A stretch of DNA of 54,884 nt. Source: Burkholderiales bacterium (lineage in GTDB: Bacteria > Pseudomonadota > Gammaproteobacteria > Burkholderiales > SG8-39). The DNA is taken from contig JBQMQE010000003.1 in assembly GCA_052172655.1 (NCBI GenBank), positions 1-54,884 on the forward strand. Direction: 5' to 3'. This document shows, in pieces, positions 36,736 through 45,678 of the stretch (position 1 is the stretch's first letter; the number at the start of each line of letters is the position of its first letter). Position numbers and translations under genes: made by a program. The notes below the pieces were generated by a model that was not told where the DNA came from, did no database searches, and saw nothing but the letters and a program-made list of their open reading frames with translations.

Positions 36736-36837
36736 CTGGCGGTGGACGATTCGCTCGCCGTTCTCACAAATATCTGCGGGGCGTAGTATTTCTGCTACAT
36801 TGTGCAACTAGGCAATGCTTTTCAATAACCAAATCCA

Positions 36838-38901
36838 ATGCCCGCGAAGCAGATCCCGCTCCTCAACCGGGAAATCGGCATCCTCGAGTTCAACCGCCGC
36901 GTGCTGGCCCAGGCCGAGGACATGGACATGCCCTTGCTCGAACGCCTGCGCTTTCTTTGCATCGTCAGCAGCAATCTGGACGAGTTCTTCGAGATTCGCG
37001 TCGCCGAACTGAAGGAAACGATCAGCGTCAATCTGTCCAGCGCCGGGCCCGACGGCGTGAACCCGCGCGAGGTGTTTGCCTCGGTCAGCCGCATCGCGCA
37101 CGAGCTGGTGGATCGCCAGTACCGGCTGCTCAACGAAAATATCCTGCCCGAGCTGGAGAATGCCGGCGTGCGCTTCCTGCGCCGCAACGATCTCAACGAA
37201 GCGCAGCGCGCCTGGGTCCGCGATTATTTCTTCAATGAAATGATGCCCGTGCTCACGCCGATCGGCCTGGATCCGGCGCACCCGTTCCCGCGCGTGTTCA
37301 ACAAGAGCCTGAATTTCGCCGTGGAGCTGGAGGGTCGCGATGCCTTCGGCCGCGCCTCGCGCGCCGCCATCGTGCAGGCGCCGCGCATTCTGCCGCGCAT
37401 GATCCGGCTGCCGAGCGGGCTGCATCCGGGCAAGCAGCAGAATTTTGTCTTCCTCTCCTCCGTCTTGCACGAACACGCATCCGAGCTGTTTGCGGGCATG
37501 AGCGTGCGCGGCTGCTACCAATTTCGCGTAACCCGCAACAGCGATCTGTTCGTGGACGAAGAGGAAGTGAAGAACCTGCGCACCGCGCTGCAGGGCGAGC
37601 TGCCGCTGCGCAATCTGGGCGCCGCGGTGCGCCTGGAGGTCGCCGACAACTGCACCCAGGGCATGGCCGAGTTCCTGCTGCAGCAGACCGACCTCGGCCC
37701 GGCGGACCTGTACCAGGTCAACGGGCCGGTCAATCTGGTGCGGCTGATGCAGATTCCCGAGCTCGTCAACCGGCCGGACCTGGCGTTCCCCTTGTTTCGT
37801 CCCGGGCGCCCTTCGGCTTTGGCGAAGCGGGCCGACATCTTCGCCGCGGTGCGCAAGGGCGACGTGCTGCTGCATCATCCGTTCCAGTCGTTCACGCCGG
37901 TGGTCAATTTCGTCCAGGAAGCCGCCAAGGACCCGCAGGTGGTCGCGATCAAGCAGACGGTCTATCGCATCGGCACCGACTCCGCCATCATGGAAGCCCT
38001 GATCGAAGCGGCCGCCAGCGGCAAGGAAGTGACTGTAGTAGTGGAGCTGATGGCGCGCTTCGAGGAGGAAGCCAACATCAACTGGGCGGAGCGGCTGGAG
38101 GAAGTCGGCGCGCACGTGGTCTACGGTGTGGTCGCGCACAAGACACATGCCAAAATGGCGCTGGTGGTGCGGCGCGAGGACGGAAAGCTGCGCCGCTACG
38201 CGCACCTGGGGACCGGCAACTACCACCCGCGCACCGCGCGCCTTTACACCGACTTCGGCCTGTTCACCTGCAACGCCGCCGTCTGTGCCGATGTCAACGA
38301 AGTGTTCAAGCAACTCACCGGCCTGGGCAAGGCGGGAGTGCTGCACCACCTGTGGCAGGCGCCGTTCACCCTGCACGCGAACGTGATCGCCGCGATCAAG
38401 AACGAGGCCCGCATCGCGAAGTCGGGCAAACCCGCGCGCATTATCGCCAAGATGAACGCCCTGCTCGAGCCGACGGTGATCGAAGCGCTTTACGCGGCCT
38501 CGCAGGCCGGTGTGCGCATCGACCTGCTGGTGCGCGGCGTGTGCGCGCTGCGCCCCGGGGTGTTAGGCCTGTCGGAGCGCATCCGGGTGCGCTCGATCGT
38601 CGGCCGCTTTCTCGAACACACCCGCATTTTCTATTTCCATAACGGCGGCAAGGAGAACGTGTATCTGTCCAGCGCCGACTGGATGGATCGCAACTTCTTC
38701 CGCCGCGTCGAGCTGTGCTTTCCGGTACTGGACAAAAAACTCAAACAGCGCGTCATCAACGAGGGGCTCAAACCCTACCTCAAGGATAACCGCCAGGCCT
38801 GGGACATGAATGCCGACGGTCTTTACAAGCGCAAGAATCCGCGCGGCACCCTGCCGCGCTCGGCGCAACTGATGCTGCTGGGGGAACTCGCGCGCGAGTG
38901 A
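36838..38901 (+). CDS. ppk: Polyphosphate kinase 1
   Basis: 687 aa with LNREIGILEFNRRVLAQAED N-terminus, two PLD-like domains, and the HAKMALVVRRE and GTGNYH motifs. Confidence 0.96.
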   Translation: MPAKQIPLLNREIGILEFNRRVLAQAEDMDMPLLERLRFLCIVSSNLDEFFEIRVAELKETISVNLSSAGPDGVNPREVFASVSRIAHELVDRQYRLLNENILPELENAGVRFLRRNDLNEAQRAWVRDYFFNEMMPVLTPIGLDPAHPFPRVFNKSLNFAVELEGRDAFGRASRAAIVQAPRILPRMIRLPSGLHPGKQQNFVFLSSVLHEHASELFAGMSVRGCYQFRVTRNSDLFVDEEEVKNLRTALQGELPLRNLGAAVRLEVADNCTQGMAEFLLQQTDLGPADLYQVNGPVNLVRLMQIPELVNRPDLAFPLFRPGRPSALAKRADIFAAVRKGDVLLHHPFQSFTPVVNFVQEAAKDPQVVAIKQTVYRIGTDSAIMEALIEAAASGKEVTVVVELMARFEEEANINWAERLEEVGAHVVYGVVAHKTHAKMALVVRREDGKLRRYAHLGTGNYHPRTARLYTDFGLFTCNAAVCADVNEVFKQLTGLGKAGVLHHLWQAPFTLHANVIAAIKNEARIAKSGKPARIIAKMNALLEPTVIEALYAASQAGVRIDLLVRGVCALRPGVLGLSERIRVRSIVGRFLEHTRIFYFHNGGKENVYLSSADWMDRNFFRRVELCFPVLDKKLKQRVINEGLKPYLKDNRQAWDMNADGLYKRKNPRGTLPRSAQLMLLGELARE

Positions 38902-39075
38902 TTCCCCGCGTACCGGTCGCCGCCACCCCATTTTTTCAAAAAACGCGACGCGGCAGTTTTTTTGGGACAGCGCCCGCGGCTATTGCTACAATTCGGCGTC
39001 GAAACGGCGGCTATTGCATAAACCGCACATATCCCGAACAAGCAATTAACCCCTTTTTATCCAGTCGAGGTCGCG

Positions 39076-39702
39076 ATGTTCAGTCGCTTCATGCCACGCG
39101 AGGGCAAATTTTTCGATCTGTTCAACGAGCACGCGGCGCTGATCCTGGAGGGCAGCCGTGAACTCGCCGCGCTCATGGCCAGCGGCGACGACCTCGAGCG
39201 CCGCGCCCGCAACGTCGAGACAATAGAAAAGCGCGGCGACAAGATCACCCGCAACACGATCGAACTGCTGCACAAGACCTTCATCACGCCGATCGATCGC
39301 GACGACATTCACCAGTTGATCTCCGAAATGGACAACATCCTCGATCTGATCGAGGACTCGGCGCAGCTCATGTTCCTGTACGACGTACGCATCCTGTCGC
39401 CGGATGCGAAAAAGCTGGCAGACATCTGCGTGGAGTGCTGCGAAAAGGTGAAAAGCGCCGTGGCGCTGCTCTCCAGCATGGACAACGCCGACGCGATCAT
39501 GGCGATATGCCAGGACATAGACCGGCTCGAGTCCGACGCCGATCACGTCATGCGCGCGGCCATCGGGCGACTGTTCCGCGACGAGCCCGATGTGCGCGAG
39601 CTGATCAAGTTGCGCACGGTGTACGAGCACCTGGAGACCGTGACCGACCGCTGCGAGGACGTGGCCAACATCCTCCAGGGCATCGTGATCGAAAACGCCT
39701 GA
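39076..39702 (+). CDS. DUF47 (PhoU-like) phosphate-transport regulator partner of PiT
   Basis: 208 aa: MFSRFMPREGKFFDLFNEHAALILEGSREL...IEKRGDKITRNTIELLHKTFITPIDRDDIHQL. Immediately precedes a PiT transporter, the usual DUF47-PiT pairing. Confidence 0.88.
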   Translation: MFSRFMPREGKFFDLFNEHAALILEGSRELAALMASGDDLERRARNVETIEKRGDKITRNTIELLHKTFITPIDRDDIHQLISEMDNILDLIEDSAQLMFLYDVRILSPDAKKLADICVECCEKVKSAVALLSSMDNADAIMAICQDIDRLESDADHVMRAAIGRLFRDEPDVRELIKLRTVYEHLETVTDRCEDVANILQGIVIENA

Positions 39703-39718
39703 GCACGACCGCCCGCCG

Positions 39719-40707
<989 letters not shown>

Positions 40708-40711
<4 letters not shown>

Positions 40712-40887
40712 CGGGCCCCCGCGGCGCAATACTCGACCGCGCGAACAGTTGAGCTGCACCCCGGCGCCGGCCCCCGCGGGAACCAGTCGCGCCGGCTAGT
40801 CGCAAGGATCTCGGCCAGTCTTTGCGCAATGGCATTCGGCCGCTCAATCCGGTCGACAAGCGGAAAATTCGTTTTCTGCTCCATCAT
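40708..40887 (-). CDS. Hypothetical 59-aa ORF with strong SD (doubtful)
   Basis: AGGAGA lies 8 nt upstream of ATGATG at 40887 (MMEQKTNFPLVDRIERPNAIAQRLAEILATSRRDW...). The 3' end overlaps the pitA stop by 4 nt. No family recognised, and the C-terminal half looks like GC-rich read-through. Confidence 0.25.
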
Positions 40888-41112
40888 GATCAATTTCTCC
40901 TGGTCGGGTGATCGGCTTTGCCCCGGTGCGCAAAAGATAGCCGGCAAGAATGACACGCCGTTGAAGGAAATATGAACGTTTAGCGAAGACGCGCCTGTGG
41001 CCGCTCATGGCGCAGCGGTTTGACCTGGAGCAAAAGGCGTAAGATGCAAGAGAGGCATTATTGTCGGCGCGGGCACGGCTAAGCGCCGCGCACATTCTCA
41101 AGGAGAGCCCAG

Positions 41113-42294
41113 ATGAGCAGAGAAGTCGTGGTGGTAAGCGGTGTACGCACCGCAATCGGCGATTACGGCGGCGCGCTGAAAGACATAGCGCCGACCGAAC
41201 TTGCGGCCAGGGTCGCGCGCGAAGCGGTCGCGCGCGCCAAGATCGATCCGGGCGAGGTCGGCCACGTGGTCTTCGGCCACGTCATCCATACCGAACCGAG
41301 AGACATGTACCTGTCGCGCGTGGCGATGATCGATGCGGGCCTGGCCCATCACACGCCGGCGATGACACTGAACCGCCTGTGCGGCAGCGGCATGCAGGCC
41401 ATCGTCAGCGCGGCGCAGGCGATCCTGCTGGGCGACGCGGATATCGCGCTCGCGGGCGGAGCCGAATCCATGAGCCGCGGCGGCTACCTGATGCCGACGC
41501 TGCGCTGGGGCCAGCGCATGGGCGACGGCGGCACCGTGGACATGATGGTGGGGGCGCTCACCGACCCGTTCGACACCGTGCACATGGGCATCACCGCCGA
41601 GAACGTCGCCGCAAAATGGAGCATCACGCGCGCGCAGCAGGACGAATTCGCGGTGGAAAGCCACCGCCGCGCAATCAACGCGATTCAAAAGGGCTACTTC
41701 AAGGAGCAGATCCTGCCGATCGAACTGAAGACGCGCAAGGGCGTGACCGTGTTCGACACCGACGAGCATCCGCGCGCCGACGCGAGCATTGAAGGCATGG
41801 CCAAGCTCAGAACCGCATTCAAGAAGGACGGCACGGTCACCGCCGGCAACGCCTCCGGCATCAACGACGGCGCGGCGGCGGTGGTGTTGATGGAGGCCGG
41901 CGCCGCGGCGAAAAAGGGGCTGAAGCCGATGGCGCGCCTCGTCGCCTACGGACATGCCGGCGTCGATCCCAAGTACATGGGCATCGGCCCCGTGCCCGCG
42001 GTGCAGACAGCGCTCGCGCGCGCCGCGCTCAAGGTGAGCGACATGGACGTGGTCGAATCGAACGAGGCGTTCGCGGCGCAGGCCTGCGCCGTGGCCAAGG
42101 ATCTGCAATTCGATCCGGCGAAGACCAATCCCAACGGCGGTGCCGTCGCCATGGGCCACCCCATCGGCGCCACCGGCTGCCTGCTCACGGTCAAGGCGCT
42201 GTATGAACTGCAGCGCTGTGGCGGCCGCTATGCCCTGGTGACCATGTGCATCGGCGGCGGGCAGGGTATCGCCGCAGTGTTCGAGCGGATGTAG
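41113..42294 (+). CDS. Acetyl-CoA C-acetyltransferase (thiolase II, PhaA/AtoB-like)
   Basis: 393 aa with MTLNRLCGSGMQAIV (active-site Cys), NEAFAAQ, GHPIGATG and the CIGGGQG C-terminal motif. AAGGAGAG SD. Confidence 0.93.
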   Translation: MSREVVVVSGVRTAIGDYGGALKDIAPTELAARVAREAVARAKIDPGEVGHVVFGHVIHTEPRDMYLSRVAMIDAGLAHHTPAMTLNRLCGSGMQAIVSAAQAILLGDADIALAGGAESMSRGGYLMPTLRWGQRMGDGGTVDMMVGALTDPFDTVHMGITAENVAAKWSITRAQQDEFAVESHRRAINAIQKGYFKEQILPIELKTRKGVTVFDTDEHPRADASIEGMAKLRTAFKKDGTVTAGNASGINDGAAAVVLMEAGAAAKKGLKPMARLVAYGHAGVDPKYMGIGPVPAVQTALARAALKVSDMDVVESNEAFAAQACAVAKDLQFDPAKTNPNGGAVAMGHPIGATGCLLTVKALYELQRCGGRYALVTMCIGGGQGIAAVFERM

Positions 42295-42303
42295 CGGCGC
42301 CGC

Positions 42304-42588
42304 TTGGTTCCCAACTGCCTTGCCTGCGGCGCATGCTGCGCCTACTCGGAGTCCTGGCCGGCGTTCATCGGCGATGGCGACGACGCAGGCATCCCGGACG
42401 AACTGATCGATTTCGAACACAGGCGCATGCTGTGCCACGGCAAGCGCTGTGCCGCGCTCTCGGGGGAGATCGGCAGCCGGGCGCAATGCAGCGTCTATGC
42501 AAACCGGCCGCTGGTGTGCCGCGAGTTTCAGGCGGGTTCGGAAGACTGCCTCATGGTCCGGCGCAGCTTCGATCTGCCCGCGGCTTAA
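42304..42588 (+). CDS. YkgJ-family (UPF0153) Cys-cluster protein
   Basis: 94 aa with an N-terminal CLACGACC motif plus C-terminal CSVYANRPLVCREF. TTG start 9 nt after the thiolase stop, so the start is uncertain. Confidence 0.7.
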   Translation: MVPNCLACGACCAYSESWPAFIGDGDDAGIPDELIDFEHRRMLCHGKRCAALSGEIGSRAQCSVYANRPLVCREFQAGSEDCLMVRRSFDLPAA

Positions 42589-42604
42589 AGCGTGTTCAAT
42601 TAAT

Positions 42605-42629
42605 GGGGAGGCGCCCCCTTTTGCTCCCC
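42605..42629. terminator. GC hairpin between convergent ykgJ and ppk2 (possible bidirectional terminator)
   Basis: ggggag-gcgcccccttttg-ctcccc. On the minus strand it is followed by the A/T-rich ATTAATTG, about 20 nt after the ppk2 stop. Confidence 0.35.
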
Positions 42630-42651
42630 TGGGCCAGAGCTCGTTCCGGCA

Positions 42652-44130
42652 TCAGAGCGCAGCCTGCATCCGCTCGACGATGGTCCTGAGGATCTTGACG
42701 CGCGCGAAATACTTGTCCTCGGCCTCGACCACGGTCCAGGGCGCGATCTCGGTGCTGGTGCGGTCTATCATGTCGCATACCGCCTGCTCATATTCGCCCC
42801 ATTTCTTGCGGTTGCGCCAGTCCTCCTCGGTGATCTTGAAGCGCTTGAAGCTGGTTTTCTGCCGCAATGTGAAGCGCTTCAACTGTTCCTCCGCGGTAAT
42901 CTGCAGCCAGAACTTGCACACGATCGCGCCGCCGCGCAGCAACTGCTCCTCGAAGTCGTTGATCTCGCTGTAGGCGCGCATCCAGTCGGCGACGCCGCAG
43001 AAACCCTCGACGCGCTCCACCAGCACGCGCCCGTACCAGGAGCGATCGAAAATGGTGATGCGCCCGCGCCGCGGCGCATGGCGCCAGAAGCGCCACAGAT
43101 AGGGCTGCGCGCGCTCCTCCTCGGTCGGCGCCGCCACCGGCACCACCTGGAAATGGCGCGCGTCGATGGCGCCGGTGATGCGCCGGATCGCCCCGCCCTT
43201 GCCTGCCGCGTCCGAGCCCTCGAACAGCAGGATCAGCGAATGCTTCTTGAAATATTTCTTGTCGCGCGACAGCAGGTTCAGCCGGCCCTGCCATTTCTCC
43301 AGTTGCGTTTCGTACTTTTCCTTCGCGATTTTTTGCGTCATGTCGAGGTCGCGCAGCAGTCCGAGGTTGTCCATTGTCGGCAGCGGCGGAGCCTGCACCC
43401 GGCGCTCCTTGTAGTTGCTTTTCTCCAGCCGCTTTTTCATCGCCTCCAGCAGCAGCTTGCCGACGGTGAGGCTGCGATAGCGCGCATCCGCGCCTTCGAC
43501 CACGGTCCAGGTCGCATTGGCGCTGCTGGTCTCGCGCAGTGCCCGCTCGGAGATCTGACGAAAGGCATCGTACATTTTGAAGCGGTCCCAGTCGAACTTG
43601 GTGACGCGCCAGCGCGTGAGCGGATTTTTCTCCAGCTCCTGCATGCGCGTTTTCTGCTGTTTCTTGGACAGGTGGAACCAGAACTTCAGCAACAGCACGC
43701 CCTCATCGCAGAGCATTTTCTCGAAACGCACGATCTCCTCGAGGCTGCCTTTCAGGGCGGCGGCGTCGGACTGCCCCAGCACACGGCTCACGATCGGAGC
43801 GGTGTACCAGGAGCCGAACAGGATGCCGATCTTGCCCTTGGGCGGCAGTTCGCGCCAGAAGCGCCACATGCGCGGGCGCTCCGCTTCCTCGTCCGAGGCA
43901 TCGCCAAAGGCGCGCGTCTGGATGTGGCGCGGATCCATCCATTCGTTGAGCAGGTTGACGGTTTCGCCCTTGCCCGCACCGTCCACGCCGCCGATCAGGA
44001 TCAGCACCGGAAATTTTTTCGCCTGCGCCAGGTCGAATTGCGCGTTGAGCAGGGCCTCGCGCAGCTTGGGCTCCTGCCGGGCATAAACTTGCTTCGTGAT
44101 TTTGTGGCCAAGCTCTGCGGATTCAAACAT
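42652..44130 (-). CDS. ppk2: Two-domain PPK2, polyphosphate:AMP phosphotransferase (PAP) type
   Basis: 492 aa with two fused PPK2 domains, each with a Walker-A-like motif (GGVDGAGKGETV and EGSDAAGKGGAI) and a MWRFWRELP / LWRFWRHAP lid motif. AAGGAG lies 7 nt upstream of the ATG. Confidence 0.92.
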   Translation of the reverse strand: MFESAELGHKITKQVYARQEPKLREALLNAQFDLAQAKKFPVLILIGGVDGAGKGETVNLLNEWMDPRHIQTRAFGDASDEEAERPRMWRFWRELPPKGKIGILFGSWYTAPIVSRVLGQSDAAALKGSLEEIVRFEKMLCDEGVLLLKFWFHLSKKQQKTRMQELEKNPLTRWRVTKFDWDRFKMYDAFRQISERALRETSSANATWTVVEGADARYRSLTVGKLLLEAMKKRLEKSNYKERRVQAPPLPTMDNLGLLRDLDMTQKIAKEKYETQLEKWQGRLNLLSRDKKYFKKHSLILLFEGSDAAGKGGAIRRITGAIDARHFQVVPVAAPTEEERAQPYLWRFWRHAPRRGRITIFDRSWYGRVLVERVEGFCGVADWMRAYSEINDFEEQLLRGGAIVCKFWLQITAEEQLKRFTLRQKTSFKRFKITEEDWRNRKKWGEYEQAVCDMIDRTSTEIAPWTVVEAEDKYFARVKILRTIVERMQAAL

Positions 44131-44145
44131 GACTAGCTCCTTGGA

Positions 44146-45678
44146 TTAGGAAATTGCATGCGGTGATTTCCAGAATGGCTTTTGCTGCTTCCATTGCTCC
44201 CATGCCCGGCCAAGCGCGTCGAGCTGCAGATGCGTGGCGGCCGCGCTCCAGCCCTGGATCATGCCGGCGACGCGCTGATCGGGCGCGCGCGCGCCGGCCA
44301 GGGCTTCCGGCAGCAGGCGCAGCAAAGTTGCGGCATCGTTCAGGCCGCCGCGTACGTCCTGCATCGCGGCAAGCGAACGAACGTAAGGCCGCACGCGCCG
44401 TTTCGGAAACAGCGCGGTGAAAAATTCCGCCGCATAGCGCAGCTTCTTCGCCGCGATGCGCAGGCGATGGCGCCCCGCGGCGTCCAGTTCCTGCAGCCGC
44501 TTGCCGCGTTTTTTTAGCGTGGCGGCGCGCTGCTGCAACAGGCTCGCGGCGAAACCGGTAACCGGCAGCGCAAGCGCCGCCTGCTCCTGCATCCAGGCGC
44601 CCTCGGCCAGCAGAGTCCCGAGTTCAAGCCACAGGCGTTGCCAGGCAGCCGAGGCGACCGCGCTCTGCGCCGCGCGAAGCTGCGCGCGCCCCAGCCTGAT
44701 GCAGCGCCGCTCGAACGCCGCCACCGCAGCTTCGCCGGCGCGCTGCGCGCGCAGCGCGCGCAGCATTTCGTGCACGAACACATCCCAGTCGCGCGCCTTC
44801 CCGAGCGCCGTGTTCTGCGCGCGCAGTTGCTCAATGACCGACGCGAACGCGGCCTGCGGGATAACGGACTTGAACAGGCTGAAGCAGGCGCGCATGCGCC
44901 GCAATGCGACACGCACCTGGTGCAGATACTCGGGGTCCTTCCCTGCCAGAAAACCTGCTTCGTTCGCCTGCAGGTGCGCCATACAACTTTGCACGATGAC
45001 GGTGAATGCGGCCGCCACGCTGGCCTGTGGGTCCAGTTCCAGTGCCACAGCCTTGACCGGTTGCGGCGGCAGCCCGCGCGCCAGCGCGTAGCCGCGCTCG
45101 GCCTTGCTCGCCTGTCCCAGGCGCAGCGGCACGCGTTGCGTCAATTCCAGCGCAAGCTCGTACAGCCGCGCCGGACTGCCGGCGAGGAGCTCGATTTCCG
45201 CCTCGCTGATCGCACTCGCGCGCCGGCCGCTGCGGACTTCGCCGCTGTCCAGGCATAGCTCGGCCAGACTGCCGTCGGCGAAACCCAGGCGCAGGCTGGT
45301 ACGCGTGAAATCGGTCGCAAAAACCGGTCCCAGCTTCGCCCGCAGCCTGGGGGAGCGAAACAGCTTAGCCTGCGGCGTCGTCGCAAGCAGGCCGAAATCG
45401 AGCGCCGCGCCCGGCAGCGGCCATTCCCATTCCTCGCGCAGGTGCAGCCCGGCCACGGCCTGGCCTTCGGTCTTCAGGGTCTGCAGCCAGCGCCTGCCGT
45501 CCGCGCGCAGGCGCAGCGCCACGCCGGCGCGCAGCAATGCATGCTCGGGGGTGTCGTAATAGACGCTGCGCACGCGGCGCGTAGCCGCACGTCCCTGCTG
45601 CCGCGCCCGGATGCCGGGATCGCGCCGCAGCCTGCGCAAGTCCTGCGGCGCGAGCAACAGCTTGAGTTCGGTTTCCAC
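44146..45678 (-). CDS. CYTH (triphosphate tunnel metalloenzyme) + CHAD domain protein
   Basis: 510 aa. The N-terminal METELKLL carries the CYTH ExExK signature. The C-terminal half has CHAD helices with conserved His/Arg (HQVRVALRRMRA, RIAAKKLRYAAEFF). The GTG start overlaps the relA TAG by 1 nt. Confidence 0.88.
   Translation of the reverse strand: METELKLLLAPQDLRRLRRDPGIRARQQGRAATRRVRSVYYDTPEHALLRAGVALRLRADGRRWLQTLKTEGQAVAGLHLREEWEWPLPGAALDFGLLATTPQAKLFRSPRLRAKLGPVFATDFTRTSLRLGFADGSLAELCLDSGEVRSGRRASAISEAEIELLAGSPARLYELALELTQRVPLRLGQASKAERGYALARGLPPQPVKAVALELDPQASVAAAFTVIVQSCMAHLQANEAGFLAGKDPEYLHQVRVALRRMRACFSLFKSVIPQAAFASVIEQLRAQNTALGKARDWDVFVHEMLRALRAQRAGEAAVAAFERRCIRLGRAQLRAAQSAVASAAWQRLWLELGTLLAEGAWMQEQAALALPVTGFAASLLQQRAATLKKRGKRLQELDAAGRHRLRIAAKKLRYAAEFFTALFPKRRVRPYVRSLAAMQDVRGGLNDAATLLRLLPEALAGARAPDQRVAGMIQGWSAAATHLQLDALGRAWEQWKQQKPFWKSPHAIS

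Noticed and set aside
38902-38965. Possible ppk1 terminator: a T7 run at 38957..38963 and the tttttt-c-aaaaaa palindrome.
   Set aside because: The only stem preceding the T run is 4-5 bp with a very long loop. That is not convincing as an intrinsic terminator without energy calculations.
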